NCBI GenBank assembly: GCA_951406725.2
Contig: OX597832.1
Span: 48,050,001 to 48,114,000, forward strand
DNA length: 64,000 nucleotides
Reading direction: 5' to 3'
Source: Octopus vulgaris
Lineage: Eukaryota
How positions within the stretch are numbered: position 1 is the first letter of the stretch; each line of letters opens with the position of its first letter. This document shows, one piece after another, positions 23,181 through 35,809 of the stretch. The translations under genes were made by a program, and so were the position numbers. Below the pieces are notes generated by a model. The model was not told the DNA's origin and ran no database searches. It was given only the letters and a program-made list of their open reading frames with translations.

Positions 23181-24736
23181 ATGTATATATGTGTGTGTGT
23201 GTGTGTTTTTCCCCCCTCGTCTTGCTCTTCAAATGGTATTGCTCATTCCCAATCCTTCATGAAAACAGGTGAGGACTGGCAAAAGAAAGGATATCCTGCT
23301 ATAAAAAAAAAAAAAAAAAAAAAAAAAACCCTGACTCAGTGAGTTCCGTCTAACTCATGCAGAAGTGTATGACTGCTACTGTGGTGTTTAGAGCACCACG
23401 CAGAGCATTATCAACCACTGCTTGCAGCAATGTGCTGCAGTTGCTACTTAGCAGGGTTACCAATTACAATATACAGACCAAATGTTGGGGAAAAGCATGA
23501 TAAACACAAGATGCAAATAACTAAATGCTAAAATGCAAAAATATTTATATCTCGTGTTTATCATGCTTTTTCTTATGTGTGCGTGGGGCTTCCATCTCAC
23601 ACAACTTCTACTGTAGTAAAGGGTGGACTAATGTTTTGTGAATGAAATTTAGTCAATGAAAACTATATGGAAGGCCATCTAACGTTAAGTGTAGGATTTA
23701 ATTATACTCGAAGGTCAGAGAATGACATATGAGCAGGCGCAATTGAAAAGGCCATCAAATTTAGGATTCGTTTTGAATATAAAACATTTCCCCCTCTTCA
23801 CTTCTCAGTTTACCGTTCTACCAGTTTTGTTGTTTTAATCCAATGGATATGTATATTCTTCAGCAATAAGGAAGAAAATGGTTTGAAGATCAGTCTTATA
23901 AAAGATTTCTGAAAGAACCCATAATTGTTGAGTCCTATAAATTTAAATGCTAGTAATATACTGGAGTTAAGTTTACGAAAAAGTGCTTATTGTATAATAA
24001 AAAGAGCAACCAAGGGACAAGGAACCAGCTCAAAAATGTGTAAAAAAAATTACACTTGAAGGAATATAAAAGGACATTGGCTTTAATGATGTCAGATGAA
24101 ACTATAAATGATAGCAAAAAGAATATTAGGTATAAAAAAAAAAAAAAATCCCTGGGAGAGTACAAGAGTAATTAATCCAGTGGGATTTTTTTGTAACATT
24201 CTACATGCTATTATTTATAACTTCATCTACTACAAGTCTCATATCAAAAAGATTTCATATTTCTTGAAGTCTGCAGTATGCTAAAATATGTCCATTTTTC
24301 TCTGCTTGAATAGGTTGGTTGGTTGGTTACTTATTTGGGGCTGTATTTTTACAGATGGCTTTTCCTGTCACTAACCCTCATCTCTTTGACAAAGTGCTTT
24401 TTGCATTCCACTATTTAGAGAGTGCAGAGTTACAGAATGCTGAGGTGTTCATTAGGAATGTAAACACGACATCATTTTCTATTCCTCTGACATCATGTGA
24501 AAAGTAGAAATGATATTTACATAATCAAGCAAACAGGCTTCCACCAAGAAGATGCTTGTCCAAACTGGTGCACAATAGGATTGAACCCATGAGCAAATTC
24601 CTTTAACCACACAGCCATGCGGGTGCCTGATATTTCAGAATTGCACCCATTAAATATACCATACTATGGCATATAAAACTGAGAGGGGGGAAAAAAAAAA
24701 AACCCGAAAAAAAAAAAGGGGGGGTCTACATAAGTT

Positions 24737-24963
24737 TTAACCCTTTTGTTACAACCCGGCTGAAACTGGCCCTGGCTCTGAGTACAAATGTCTTGTTTTC
24801 ATAAGTTTTGAATTAAAATCTTCCACCAAACCTTAGTCACAATTTATATTCCTAACACGAGCTTAATGATAACTAAGTTATTTTACTAAATTTTTTGTTA
24901 TATTTAAAGTAATTGAAAGAAATATTGAGCATCTCAAAGTAAATACAGTAATGAAAGGGTTAA
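24737..24963. mobile_element. piggyBac-like MITE family A
   Basis: TIRs and TTAA ends. Confidence 0.8.
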
Positions 24964-25626
24964 ATGCACTAAAAAATGCACTGATAGAATTGGGCTGCAT
25001 ATAATATGCCCTTGTGTATTATGTCATCAGATACAATGATCCTTTACATTATAGGCACAAGGCCTGGAAATTTTGTTAGGGAGGGGGTAAGTGTTACTTT
25101 GACCCCACTACTTGACTGGTGCTTATTTTATCAACCCCAAAAGGATGAAAGGTAAAGCCAACCTTGGTGGAATTCGAATTCAGAATGAAACAACGGATGA
25201 ACTACTGCTAAGTATTTTGTCTGGCATGCTAACATTTCTGCCAGCTTGCTCCAATAATAATAATAATAATAATAATAGGTTTCAAATTTTGGCACAAGGC
25301 CAGTAAAGTTTGGGGAGAGACCCCAGTGCTTAACTGATGATTATTTTATTGACACCAAAAGAACGACAGGCAAAGTCAACCTCGGTGGAATGAGAAACTT
25401 GCACCAGGTACCACAAATGTTTCAGTTTAACTGAAAGGTAGATACACTAGAATGATTTCTGGCCCTTCTCCAAAAAAATTATACAAAAGAATCGGTGTTG
25501 TGTAGATCACCATTTTAATATCCATTTTCCTTACACGAGCTGGGTGGAATTTGTTGAAGCAAATTTTCTATGGACGGAGACCCTTCCTGTTGCACTTTAC
25601 AATCACAGTTTCAGGTTTGATACTAT

Positions 25627-25741
25627 TGCATAACACTTAGGGGGTCGAAGTATCTCCTATGGCTTTGGGTTCACAAATACCCACTGCATAACACTTAGGG
25701 GGTCGAAGTATCCCCTATGGCTTTGGGTTCACAAATACCCA
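25627..25741. repeat. 58-bp direct tandem duplication (2 copies)
   Basis: tgcataacacttagggggtcgaagtat...cacaaataccca occurs twice. Confidence 0.9.
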
Positions 25742-25989
25742 ATGAGTAAAATTTAGCCGAAACTGTATGGAAGCCAGTTGTGCAGATGTGTGTGTTGGCT
25801 GTCCGTGTGCTTAACCTTTGATACTGCCTGGGCTGCAGTGATGTTTATGTCCCACACCATAGTTGTTCACCAAGCAAATGACCATTGGAATAAAGTTGCT
25901 ATACTTGGAAACAAAGGTTGGGTGTCTGTTGGGTGGGGAAAAAAAATGCAGGCATGGCTGTGTGGTTAAAAAGCTTGCTTTTCAATTCT

Positions 25990-26376
25990 CTCTTTTACTT
26001 GTTTCAGTCATTTGACTGCGGCCATGCTGGAGTATCGCCTTTAATCGAGCAACTCGACCCTGGGACTTATTCTTTTGTAAGCCCAGTACTTATTCTATCG
26101 GTCTCTTTTGCAGAACTGCTAAGTAACGGGGACACAAACACACCAGCATCGGTTGTCAAGCAATGCTAGGGGGACAAACACAGACACACAAACACACACA
26201 CATACACATATACGACGGGCTTCTTTCAGTTTCCGTCTACCAAATCCACTCACAAGGCTTTGGTCGGCCCGAGGCTATAGTAGAAGACACTTGCCCAAGG
26301 TGCTACGCAGTGGGACTGAACCCGGAACCATGTGGTTGGTAAACAAGGTACTTACCACACAGCCACTCCTGCGCCT
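25990..26376 (-). mobile_element. SINE family 1
   Basis: Full-length reverse copy. Confidence 0.85.
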
Positions 26377-26729
26377 ATGTAATTATGTAATCTCAGGTTC
26401 ACTACCATAGTGTAGTACCTTAGGTTGGTCTACTATAGCACTGAGCTAATCAGAGCTTTGTAAGTGGATATGGCAGATGGAAACTGAAAGAAGCTTGTGT
26501 ATGCGTGAGTGGGTACTCGTCTTGACTGTATGTGATGGTTGTAAATGAGCATCGTCATCATACAAGTAAGGGTGGTTTTTTTTGCCCCCAGTCTTCCCAA
26601 AAAAACTATGGGAAAGTACTACCTTACTCGGAAAACAGGTGAGAATTGGTGACAGGAAAAGTATCAAACTAGAAAATCTACCTCAACAAATTCTATTGTC
26701 TGGCCCATGAAAGCACGGAAAAGTGGACA

Positions 26730-27086
26730 TCTCCATATATATAAACGGCAAAATGTCTGTGTGTCCTTTATACAAATCCACAATTTTTCAGAGGGCTCGC
26801 ACTTTCTATGGTCATTCAAAACCGTCCAAGGGTGGTCGTGCACATCTTTACGTTTCCCCAGTCACCCCGCAAAGCCATTAAAAAAAAATCAATAGAAGTG
26901 ACTTATTTGTGAATTTTCTATCCAAAACCCAATCAAAGTGCCCGAAACTTGATACGCCAATTGAATGCCAGCTAGCTGTATGTGATTGGTCAGAGACTTG
27001 GACAGTACTCACGTATGTGTGCACGCATGCAGCTGTATATGCATGCACTAGCAGTATGACCCGGCACTGCTGGGTCATAGTGCTAG
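26730..27086 (+). mobile_element. Non-autonomous Helitron (same family as 16125-16492)
   Basis: a|TCtccatatatataaacggc ... gggtcatagtgCTAG|t. Confidence 0.8.
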
Positions 27087-27313
27087 TTAACCCTTTAGTA
27101 TTTAAACTGGCCATATCCGGCCAAAATATTTAATCTGTTTTCTGTTCAAACTGACCAGATCCAGGCTCTCACACCTACCCTACAATGTTATTCTATATTA
27201 GGTAATTACACCATCAAGATCTTGAAGATATGAGATAATGCATGATTAATTCAAATCAATGGGAATCAATAAGCATCATGTTTGATAGAATAATCAGAAT
27301 ACTAAAGGGTTAA
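27087..27313. mobile_element. piggyBac-like MITE family B
   Basis: ttaaccctttagtatt...aatactaaagggttaa. Confidence 0.8.
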
Positions 27314-27385
27314 ATGATATATATAGTGGGGAGGCATGGTAGAACAATGACATAACCAAGCAGAAATAAGGGGTGTGATACTTAC

Positions 27386-27519
27386 ATCAGGGTGTTCTTT
27401 GACAGGTACATAAAGTTTCTGTGATAATGTGACTGCTTGACCATCTGATGCAGGTAAGGGTAAAGATTCCCTGCTGTTTCCTTTGTGATGGAACAATGAG
27501 GATCGTATCCGTGCGATCT
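27386..27519 (-). CDS. QKI: quaking/how-family STAR protein, exon 2 (end of QUA1, linker, start of KH): (E)IARIRSSLFHHKGNSRESLPLPASDGQAVTLSQKLYVPVKEHPD
   Basis: Acceptor ttctgcag|AG and donor GAT|gtaagt; 134 nt, phase 1 to 0. The KLYVPVKEHPD motif is typical of QKI/HOW. Confidence 0.93.
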
Positions 27520-27788
27520 CTGCAGAAGATTAAAAAAAAAAATGAGCAAAAAAAATTAGCAAACAGAAAAATAGAAAGACACGGAAAATAAAAGAAAACA
27601 AAAAAAAAATGCAAACTAAGATATAAAAAAAAAAATTATACAAAGAAACAAAAACAAAACAATTTTATAGGAAATAGATAAAAAGCAAAAAAAAAAAAAA
27701 CAGCAGCAATCAAATCTAAATACACTGATAAATGCTTAAACAAGTGCCATTATGAAAGTGCGTGTTTATTTTATACACACAGACTCGC

Positions 27789-27845
<57 letters not shown>

Positions 27846-28177
27846 GTATATATATATATATGAGGCAAACGTACATAAAATAGCATAAATTGAGAGAGCT
27901 AATAGAGAACTAATTTGATCAGTTAAGAGAGAGAACTGTGACATTCAAACTGAAGAGAATGACCTTTACAGGGGCATGAAATGGAGAGAAATTAACTGGC
28001 GGTTGTTGGCAAACAACTTGTCAGAAGAGGGCACGAGCCACGCGAAAATTACTGTCATTACAAGTTAAATGGTAGACAATTATCACACACACATACATAC
28101 ATACAGAGGATTCAAAAAAGACAAAGACAAAAAAAAAAAAAGATGGTGTGTGTGTGTGTGCACACACGCGTGCCTAT

Positions 28178-28930
28178 GATATACAACATTAAAATAATCC
28201 ATTGAGGAAACTGCTATGCGGTTGTTTTAACCAGTTAGAAAAAGCAACCAAATTGCCTCTGAAACCACAACACTACTGTACTGTCTATAAATTAACCCTT
28301 TCGTTACCAACCCGGCTGAAACCGGCTCTGGCTCTGTAGTACATTACATATGCCTTGTTTTCATAAGTTTCGAAATAAAATCTTCCACCAAACCTTAGTC
28401 ACAATTTAGATATACAACATTAAAAATCCATTTGAAACCACAACACTGTACTGTCTATAAATTAACCCCTTCGTTACCAGCCTGGCTGAAACCGGCTCTG
28501 GTTCTGTAGTACAAATGCCTTGTTTTCATAAGTTATGAAATAAAATCTTCCATCAAACCTTAGTCACAATTTAGATATACAACATTACAATTCCATTGAG
28601 GAAGCCTCTATGCGGTTGTTTTAACCAGCTAGAAAAAGCAACCAAATTGCCTCTGAAACCACAACGCTGTACTGTCTATAAATTAACCCTTTCGTTACCA
28701 ACCCGGCTGAAACCGGCTCTGGCTCTGTAGTACAAATGCCTTGTTTTGAAATAAAATAAGTTTTGAAATAAGTTTTGAAATAAAACCTTCCACCAAACCT
28801 TAGTCACAATTTATGTTCCTAACACTAGCTTAATGATAACTAAGTTATTTCACGAAATTCTTTCTTATATTTAATGTAATTGAAAGAAACACAGAACCCC
28901 TCAAAATAAATTCAGTAACGAAAGGGTTAA
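28178..28930. repeat. Tandem triplication of a MITE A left end plus flank, ending in one complete MITE A
   Basis: ctgtactgtctataaattaaccc...ccttagtcacaattta occurs three times. Confidence 0.8.
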
Positions 28931-28968
28931 GAAGAAAGGGGCATTAAATAAAACGTAGATTTACTACC

Positions 28969-29194
28969 TTTAACCCTTTCATTACCAACCCGGCCAAAAC
29001 CGGCTCTGGCTCAGTAGTACAAGTGTCTTGTTTTCTTAAGTTTTTCATTAAAATATACTACCAAACCTTAGTCGCAATTTATGTTCCTAACACTAGCTTA
29101 ATGATAAATTATTTTACTAAATTCTTTGTTATATCTAAAATAATTGAAAGAAACACAGAGCATCTCAAAATAAATGCAGTAATGAAAGGGTTAA
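28969..29194. mobile_element. piggyBac-like MITE family A
   Basis: TIRs and TTAA ends. Confidence 0.8.
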
Positions 29195-29601
29195 GAGAGG
29201 CAGGATGGTCACAATTCTAAAACACTTGATCAATAGATCTGCTTCGTCAGGACTGACCTATGGTTAAACTACGATTCTGGGCTTGGCTGAATTTCGATGT
29301 TTGACACTTCAACTTTTAACACCATCATACGTTACTGTTGGTCTATTTATACCATTCTATTAATAATATGTAATCTATGGAGAGCCGAGGAGTGGTGATA
29401 ACAGCAGAAATCTACAGATCTATAATTCAAGGACTGTATGGCACCAACCACAGCTTTTGAGTTGATCTAAGAGTAAAAATTAGGAAAAATGGAAACTGTG
29501 CAAAAATCCTGTCAGACTGTAACAGGTTTCAAAAACCTGGTCTTAGACAATGTGTTATTCCACCAGTTCTACTGGAGGGATTAAGTTTATCCCTATAGTG
29601 T

Positions 29602-29990
29602 GAGTGGCTGTGTGGTAAGTAGCTTGCTTACCAACCACATGGTTCCGGGTTCACTTCTACTGCGTGGGACACCTTGGGCAAGTGTCTTCTATAGCCTCAA
29701 GCCGACCAAAGCCTTGTGAGTGGATTTGGTAGACGGAAACTGAAAAAGAACCCGTCGTATATATGCATATATATGTGTGTGTTTGTGTGTCTGTGTTTGT
29801 CCCCCTAGCATTGCTTGACAACTGATGCTGGTGTGTTTATGTCCCCGTTACTTAGCGGTTCGGCAAAAGTAGACCGATAGAATAAGTACTGGGCTTACAA
29901 AAGAATAAGTCCCGGGTTGAGTTGCTCGATTAAAAGCGGTGCTCCAGCATGACTGCAATCAAATGACTGAAACAAGTAAAAGAGAGAGTA
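29602..29990 (+). mobile_element. SINE family 1, inserted in a family B MITE
   Basis: Matches family 1; the MITE B body continues at 29995-30212. Confidence 0.85.
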
Positions 29991-30456
29991 TAGAGTATTC
30001 GCATTATTCTGCCAAAATTAATCCTTTATTATCCACATTGTTTTGAACTAATCGTGCATTATCTTGTAGTGATGAGATTTTGATGAGGTAGCTGTTAATT
30101 TTTAAAACGATATTGTAGGGTTGGTGTGAGAGACCAGATCTGGCCAGTTTGAACATAAAACAGGCAGAATACTTTTGACCGGATATGGCCGGTTTAAATG
30201 CTAAAGGATTAAACCAGCCATATCCAGCTTCTTACACTTACCCTGCAATGTCATTCTGACAATGTAATCTGAATGCTAAAGGGTCAAGAGTACTAGTATG
30301 TAGAATACTCGGCCATTTAAAATTAAATTTAACGAGCAGGTAGTCCAGTTCATCAGACAATTGGGATATTCATTGCTGAAGTCTGATGAAAGATCCATTT
30401 GTTTGGGTATAAATCAGCTGTAAAAAGTTAAGCAGATCACGTAGGGGGAAAATCTC

Positions 30457-30635
30457 CAGTGGTACGTAAAAGCACCCACTACACTCTCGGAGAGGTTGGC
30501 TTAGGAAGGGCATCCAACTGTAGAAACTCTGCCAGATCAAGATTGAAGCCTGGTGCAGCCATCTGGTTTGCCAGCCCTCAGTCATTCGTCCAACCCATGC
30601 TAGTATGGAAAGCGGACATTAAACGATGATGATAA
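30457..30635 (+). mobile_element. SINE family 5 with (GAT)n tail
   Basis: Matches the 16905 and 58655 copies. Confidence 0.7.
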
Positions 30636-31742
30636 TGTAGTCGACACCCATAGCTAACAGCTGCATACTGTCCTTCTCTTCCAGACTGTGAAAGCTTACC
30701 ATAACGTTTGATCTAAATACAGTGAAATTTTAGACTATTTTTTATGGGTATATATGGGTTAAGAGGGTTGCATCATGAACTGTTGTTGGTGGGATGCAAT
30801 TCTAGGATGGAGTGATCAACCCTAGCTAGGTTGCCCAGGTGAGGGTATTTGATTTTGAAAGACTTGAAACTTTCTGTTTTTGATAAACTATTCACTTGTT
30901 ATATATATATATATATATATATATAACATAAGGGACTAAAGCCATCTGAATATGGCTAGGGACAGGGCACCCTGCCCTGTCCCTTATGTTATCGAGCAGT
31001 TACTGTCTATATCCCTTTTAGAGAATTATTATTGCTATATATATATATATATATATATATATAACATGAGTAAATGCTACTCCCTCCTTTACCTAATGAT
31101 ACCTGATTCAGTAGTATTGAGGGAGAGGACTTCACAGCAGGTGATGCAATGTTTAGGGTACGACAGAAGGCTAAGAACACTATGTACATAATTCCTAACT
31201 TTGGAACATGGTACCCCCACCCACTGCCACTGAAAATTGAACTAACATTAGGAAGGACTAATTAAACTGATTTATTTTGCACTACCAATTCTATCATATG
31301 CTACAAAGTATAAATAAGAAACAGTAGTAGCCAAATCTTCCTCAGATTACAGCCAACTACCTTAGGGACATGAATGAGTTTCCAGCACACACAAAAAAAG
31401 AAAAAAGAAAAAAGTGATAGCCACAGCTGGAATGTTTTTGGTAATCCTGCTCAGCCAGAGGTGACATAAGGTTAAACAACAAATTATCAATGAACTCCTA
31501 GTCTTTGTAATAGGAACTCTTGTTTCACTCATTGGGCTGTGACCACGCTGGGGCATCCACCTTGAGGTGGTGTCAATCACAAACCCCAGTATTTAATTTT
31601 AGCGATTTCTGTTTGCTGAACTGTTAAGATACAAGAAAAATGACAACTGCTTTGTGGGTTCTTTTTAAATCAGTGTCAAAGTAAAGATATACAGAAACAG
31701 ACAGATCCATGTACACCAAACCCCACACCTGCATATGCACAT

Positions 31743-31953
31743 ATTTATTGCTCACAAGGGGCTAAACATAGAGGGGACAAACAAGGGCAAAGGGATTAAG
31801 TCGATTACACTGACCCCAGTGCAAAACTGGTACTTTCTTTATCGACTCCGAAAGGATGAAAGGCAAAGTCGACCTCGGCGGAATTTGAACTCAGAACGTA
31901 ACGACAGACGAAATACCACTAAGCATTTTGCCCTGCATGCTAACGTTTCTGCC
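31743..31953 (-). mobile_element. SINE family 2
   Basis: Reverse match to 10597-10814. Confidence 0.8.
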
Positions 31954-32454
31954 ACATGTGTGACTGCAGAACCATGCTATATGAAACCCGCAAGAGAAAA
32001 GTGGCGAAATGGATAAGGTAATTAAATCACTAGTTTATGAACAAAAGCTCAAATCATAGAATGTGTTTAGCCCGAGGTCAGCACTAGTTGAACAGTCTAT
32101 GATCAAAGTCGTTCCAGCCATGATCACCAGTCTTTGTACCCCACCAATTCTATGTAACATATCCAGGGGCTGGCTATGTCTTTCTGTTGTTAAAACAGAG
32201 AGAGGATAACTCGGCAATTATTTTTAAGAGGTTGAATGACAGCTGATTATGCCAAAACTAAGGAAATCACACTTTGTCAAGTATTCTGACAAAGCTACCT
32301 TATATACTGCACAAATCAGAGTCTCATATCTCGGATTTTCCATACGGTTTGCAGTCTCCCGAGGAAGAAGAGTGTTCAAGCTACAATTAGAGAACTACTA
32401 CCTTAGCTGTGTTGTACAAGAAGCAATTCAAACAGCAAAGCCAATGACATTCTC

Positions 32455-32811
32455 ACTCTTTACTCTTTTACTCGTTACAGTCATTTGACTGCGGCCATGC
32501 TGGAGCACCGCCTTCAGTCGAGCACATCAACCCCAGGACTTATTCTATCGGTCTCTTGATGAACCGCTAAGTTACGGGGATGTAAACACCAGCATCAGTT
32601 ATCAAGCGATGTTGGGGGGACAAACAGACACAAACACACACATATACACGACAGGCTTCTTTCAATTTCCGTCTACCAAATCCACTCACAAGGCTTTGGT
32701 CGGCCCGAGGCTATAGTAGAAGACACTTGCCCAAGGTGCCACGCAGTGGGTCTGAACCCGGAACCATGTGGTTGGTAAGCAAGCTACTTACCACACAGCC
32801 ACTCCTGCGCC
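32455..32811 (-). mobile_element. SINE family 1
   Basis: Full-length reverse copy. Confidence 0.85.
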
Positions 32812-33582
32812 TTTATCAATATTCCAAACAAATTAGCTATGAAAATGCTTTCTAAACCTTGACAGATAAAGGACTTCAACTAAATTTTGAATGAGATTAA
32901 GTAGACAAGAATCAAAGAAAACAGCGGGAAGGAATCCCCAAATGAATAAGTGAACAGAGACACAGAGTGTTAAATCTAACACTTGTACATTGAAACAACA
33001 ATCTCAGTAGATTAGAATTAAAGAGTTAATTGAGCTGATCGTTAAACATTAATAAAAGCAGGATGGTTAATGGATGAGCTAAGGGATTTATTGTTGTACT
33101 ATAAACTCGACAAATTGGCAGTTAAGCTAAGAAGGTGCCACAGCCACCTCAGTTGAAACACACAGTTCTATTTGCTAATCATAAAGACAATACTTTCAGC
33201 TAATAAAGACCCATTTATCATTAGCGGTTTATATCAACGAGAAAATTTCAATACTATGCCTTAGCAGAATGTTTAGGCGATGCTATCTAGTTACCAGGCA
33301 GTTGAATCTGTCTTAAAGTACAGAGCCAAAAAGCAAAGAATTGTAATGTTGTTCACAGCATTTATATATAACGTTGTCGCATCACAAATTCTGAGCATTT
33401 CGAGAATGACAGCTCCTCAATATAAATGAATATTTGCTATGGGTTTCTAATGTTACTCATTTGAAATGTTACTCATTTTGAAAAGACACTCTGAAACAGA
33501 TACAACCAGAATCTCTGCCTATTTACAAATGAACTAAACTAATAGCAACCCATTTTGTTTTCTTTCTTTCTACTACTTTACT

Positions 33583-33974
33583 ATGTATATATATACACAC
33601 ACATATATACATACACACACACATACACATATACACATACATACACACACATATACACATACATACACATACACGCATATATATACACATACATACACAT
33701 ACACGCATATATACATACACATACACGCATATATATATACATACACATACACGCATATATATATACATACACATACACGCATATATATATACATACACAT
33801 ACACGCATATATATATACATACACATACACGCATATATATATACATACACATACACGCATATATATATACATACACATACACGCATATATATATACATAT
33901 ATACACATACACGCATATATATATACATATATACACATACACGCATATATATATACATATATACACATACACGC

Positions 33975-34009
<35 letters not shown>

Positions 34010-34080
34010 TACACATATATATACACATACACACATATATACACACATACACACATATATACACATGTGTGTATGTGTGT
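33583..34080. repeat. Compound (TA)/(CA) micro- and minisatellite with a roughly 24-28 bp unit (atacacatacacgcatatatat...)
   Basis: Direct inspection; it is the source of the spurious YIH/CVY ORFs. Confidence 0.95.
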
Positions 34081-34387
34081 TCTAGCATTTACCTTCTGAA
34101 TTAACGAGTGCTGTCAAGAAAAGCAAAAATGGAAAACGAAAAATTAAAATTCTAACCTAAGCTGTCAATTTCTGAAAAATGACTTCTATAAAGTGTTTAG
34201 CTTAGCTGCCATCTAAAAACTCAATGCATGCAATCTGCAAACTAGAAAACTATCTTCCATTCCCCTCTCATTTCCCGTAAAAACAATGCTTCTTTTAGTA
34301 TCTCAGACATGGACAGAGTGAAGTGTCAAACTTCAATAAGTACAAACCATTTAAATTTTATAGAAGGGAGAAAAATGTAGAAAGCAA

Positions 34388-34790
34388 GGATCTTTTGGGG
34401 TTGAATGGCCAGTTTTTAACATAATTTCTAGGTAACTAAAAAATTTTAAACTTCGTATACTGGTAGAATGTGTTTATAAAACATCTTTTTCTCTAGGCTT
34501 TATTGAGAAAATTCTATGGTTTGTAAGATTTGTTTTTTTTCTTCAATTTCTGCAATTTCAACCAATCAATGATTTCTATTGAGGTAAAAAAAACATTCTG
34601 TGCCGTAGGAATATGTCCCTCGTTTAAGAAACAGATTGGGTTTATTTACATTTGTGAAGAAAAAAAAGATACCCCTCCCCTAACCCTAAAAGAGATTGAA
34701 ATGTAATAGATCGATATTAGGGTCATAATTATGGGTGACAATTTCATACGACACCACTAGGAAAAACTGCCGTGCAAACTGAAAAGATCC
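34388..34790. mobile_element. MITE with GGATC-ended TIRs of about 28 bp and an 8-bp TSD (Merlin-like)
   Basis: TSD gaaagcaa on both sides; TIR ggatcttttggggttgaatggc / gccgtgcaaactgaaaagatcc. Confidence 0.75.
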
Positions 34791-35022
34791 GAAAGCAACA
34801 CGTTTTGTCATACAGCATGAAATGGAAATGGTTAAAATTTATGTAGTCACATTTTATGTGCCTTAAACTTGCGGGTGTATGAGAAGAGGATTCTCAGAAA
34901 GGTCCATCCTGTTTAATGGCTGGACAGTGAAATATCAGTTACCCTGGACAGCAGAAATCAGAGATATTTACAATTCTGCATGTGATCTCATGAAATCATT
35001 AATTTTCTTGGAGAAGAAAATT

Positions 35023-35186
35023 AGGCGCAGAAGTGGCTGTGTGGTAAGTAGCTGGCTTACGAACCACATGGTTCCAGGTTCAGTCTCACTGCATGGCATC
35101 TTGGGCAAGTGTCTTCTGCTATAGCCCCGGGACGACCAATGCCTTCTGAGTGGATTTGGTAGACGGAAACTGAAAGAAGCCCATCG

Positions 35187-35238
<52 letters not shown>

Positions 35239-35438
35239 TGTCCCCCTAGCATTGCTTGATAACCGATGCTGGTGTGTTTACGTCCCCGCAACTTAATGGT
35301 TCAGCAAAATAGACCGATAGAATAAGTACTAGGCTTACAAAGAATAAGTCCTGGGGTCGATTTGCCCGACTAAAGGCGGTGCTCCAGCATGGCCACAGTC
35401 AAATGACTGAAACATGTAAAAGTAAAAGGGTAAAGAGT
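35023..35438 (+). mobile_element. SINE family 1
   Basis: Matches family 1. Confidence 0.85.
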
Positions 35439-35612
35439 AAGATAAATCAGCCGAAAAAATTTCCAGAAGGCACAATTCTCCCTACGGTCCAACTAACATC
35501 TTAGAATGGATCTGGTTACAATATTCAAGATACCGTGACTCCAGGAGGGCTGCAATGCAGACTAGCACAGAGAGTAGTAGAGGGGTACCCAGGAGTCATG
35601 GTCCCCTTAGAG

Positions 35613-35809
35613 CAGGGGTTCTCAACTGGGACCCATGCAACAGAATAGTAAATTGGGGATTCATGATAGTATCTGAAGGGCCCCTGAATAAGTTTTGCTT
35701 TAGATATGTTTCTATAAAACTAGTTTTTAAACACCGAACGGCTATAAGGGTCCACCAGAATAAAATAGTAAATCAAAGGGGTCCATAGACAAATGGTTGA
35801 GAACCCCTG
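35613..35809. mobile_element. hAT (Charlie-like) MITE
   Basis: TIR caggggttctcaac / gttgagaacccctg; perfect 8-bp TSD ccttagag. Confidence 0.88.

Noticed and set aside
25627-25741. Direct repeats as a CRISPR-like array
   Set aside because: Two abutting copies with no spacers, in a eukaryotic intron.
30349-30390. ctgatga motif as a possible hammerhead ribozyme core
   Set aside because: Only a simple inverted repeat; the three-stem hammerhead geometry is not present.
33523-34104. 160-177 aa ORFs in five frames
   Set aside because: Microsatellite read-through; the same applies to 52376-53003.
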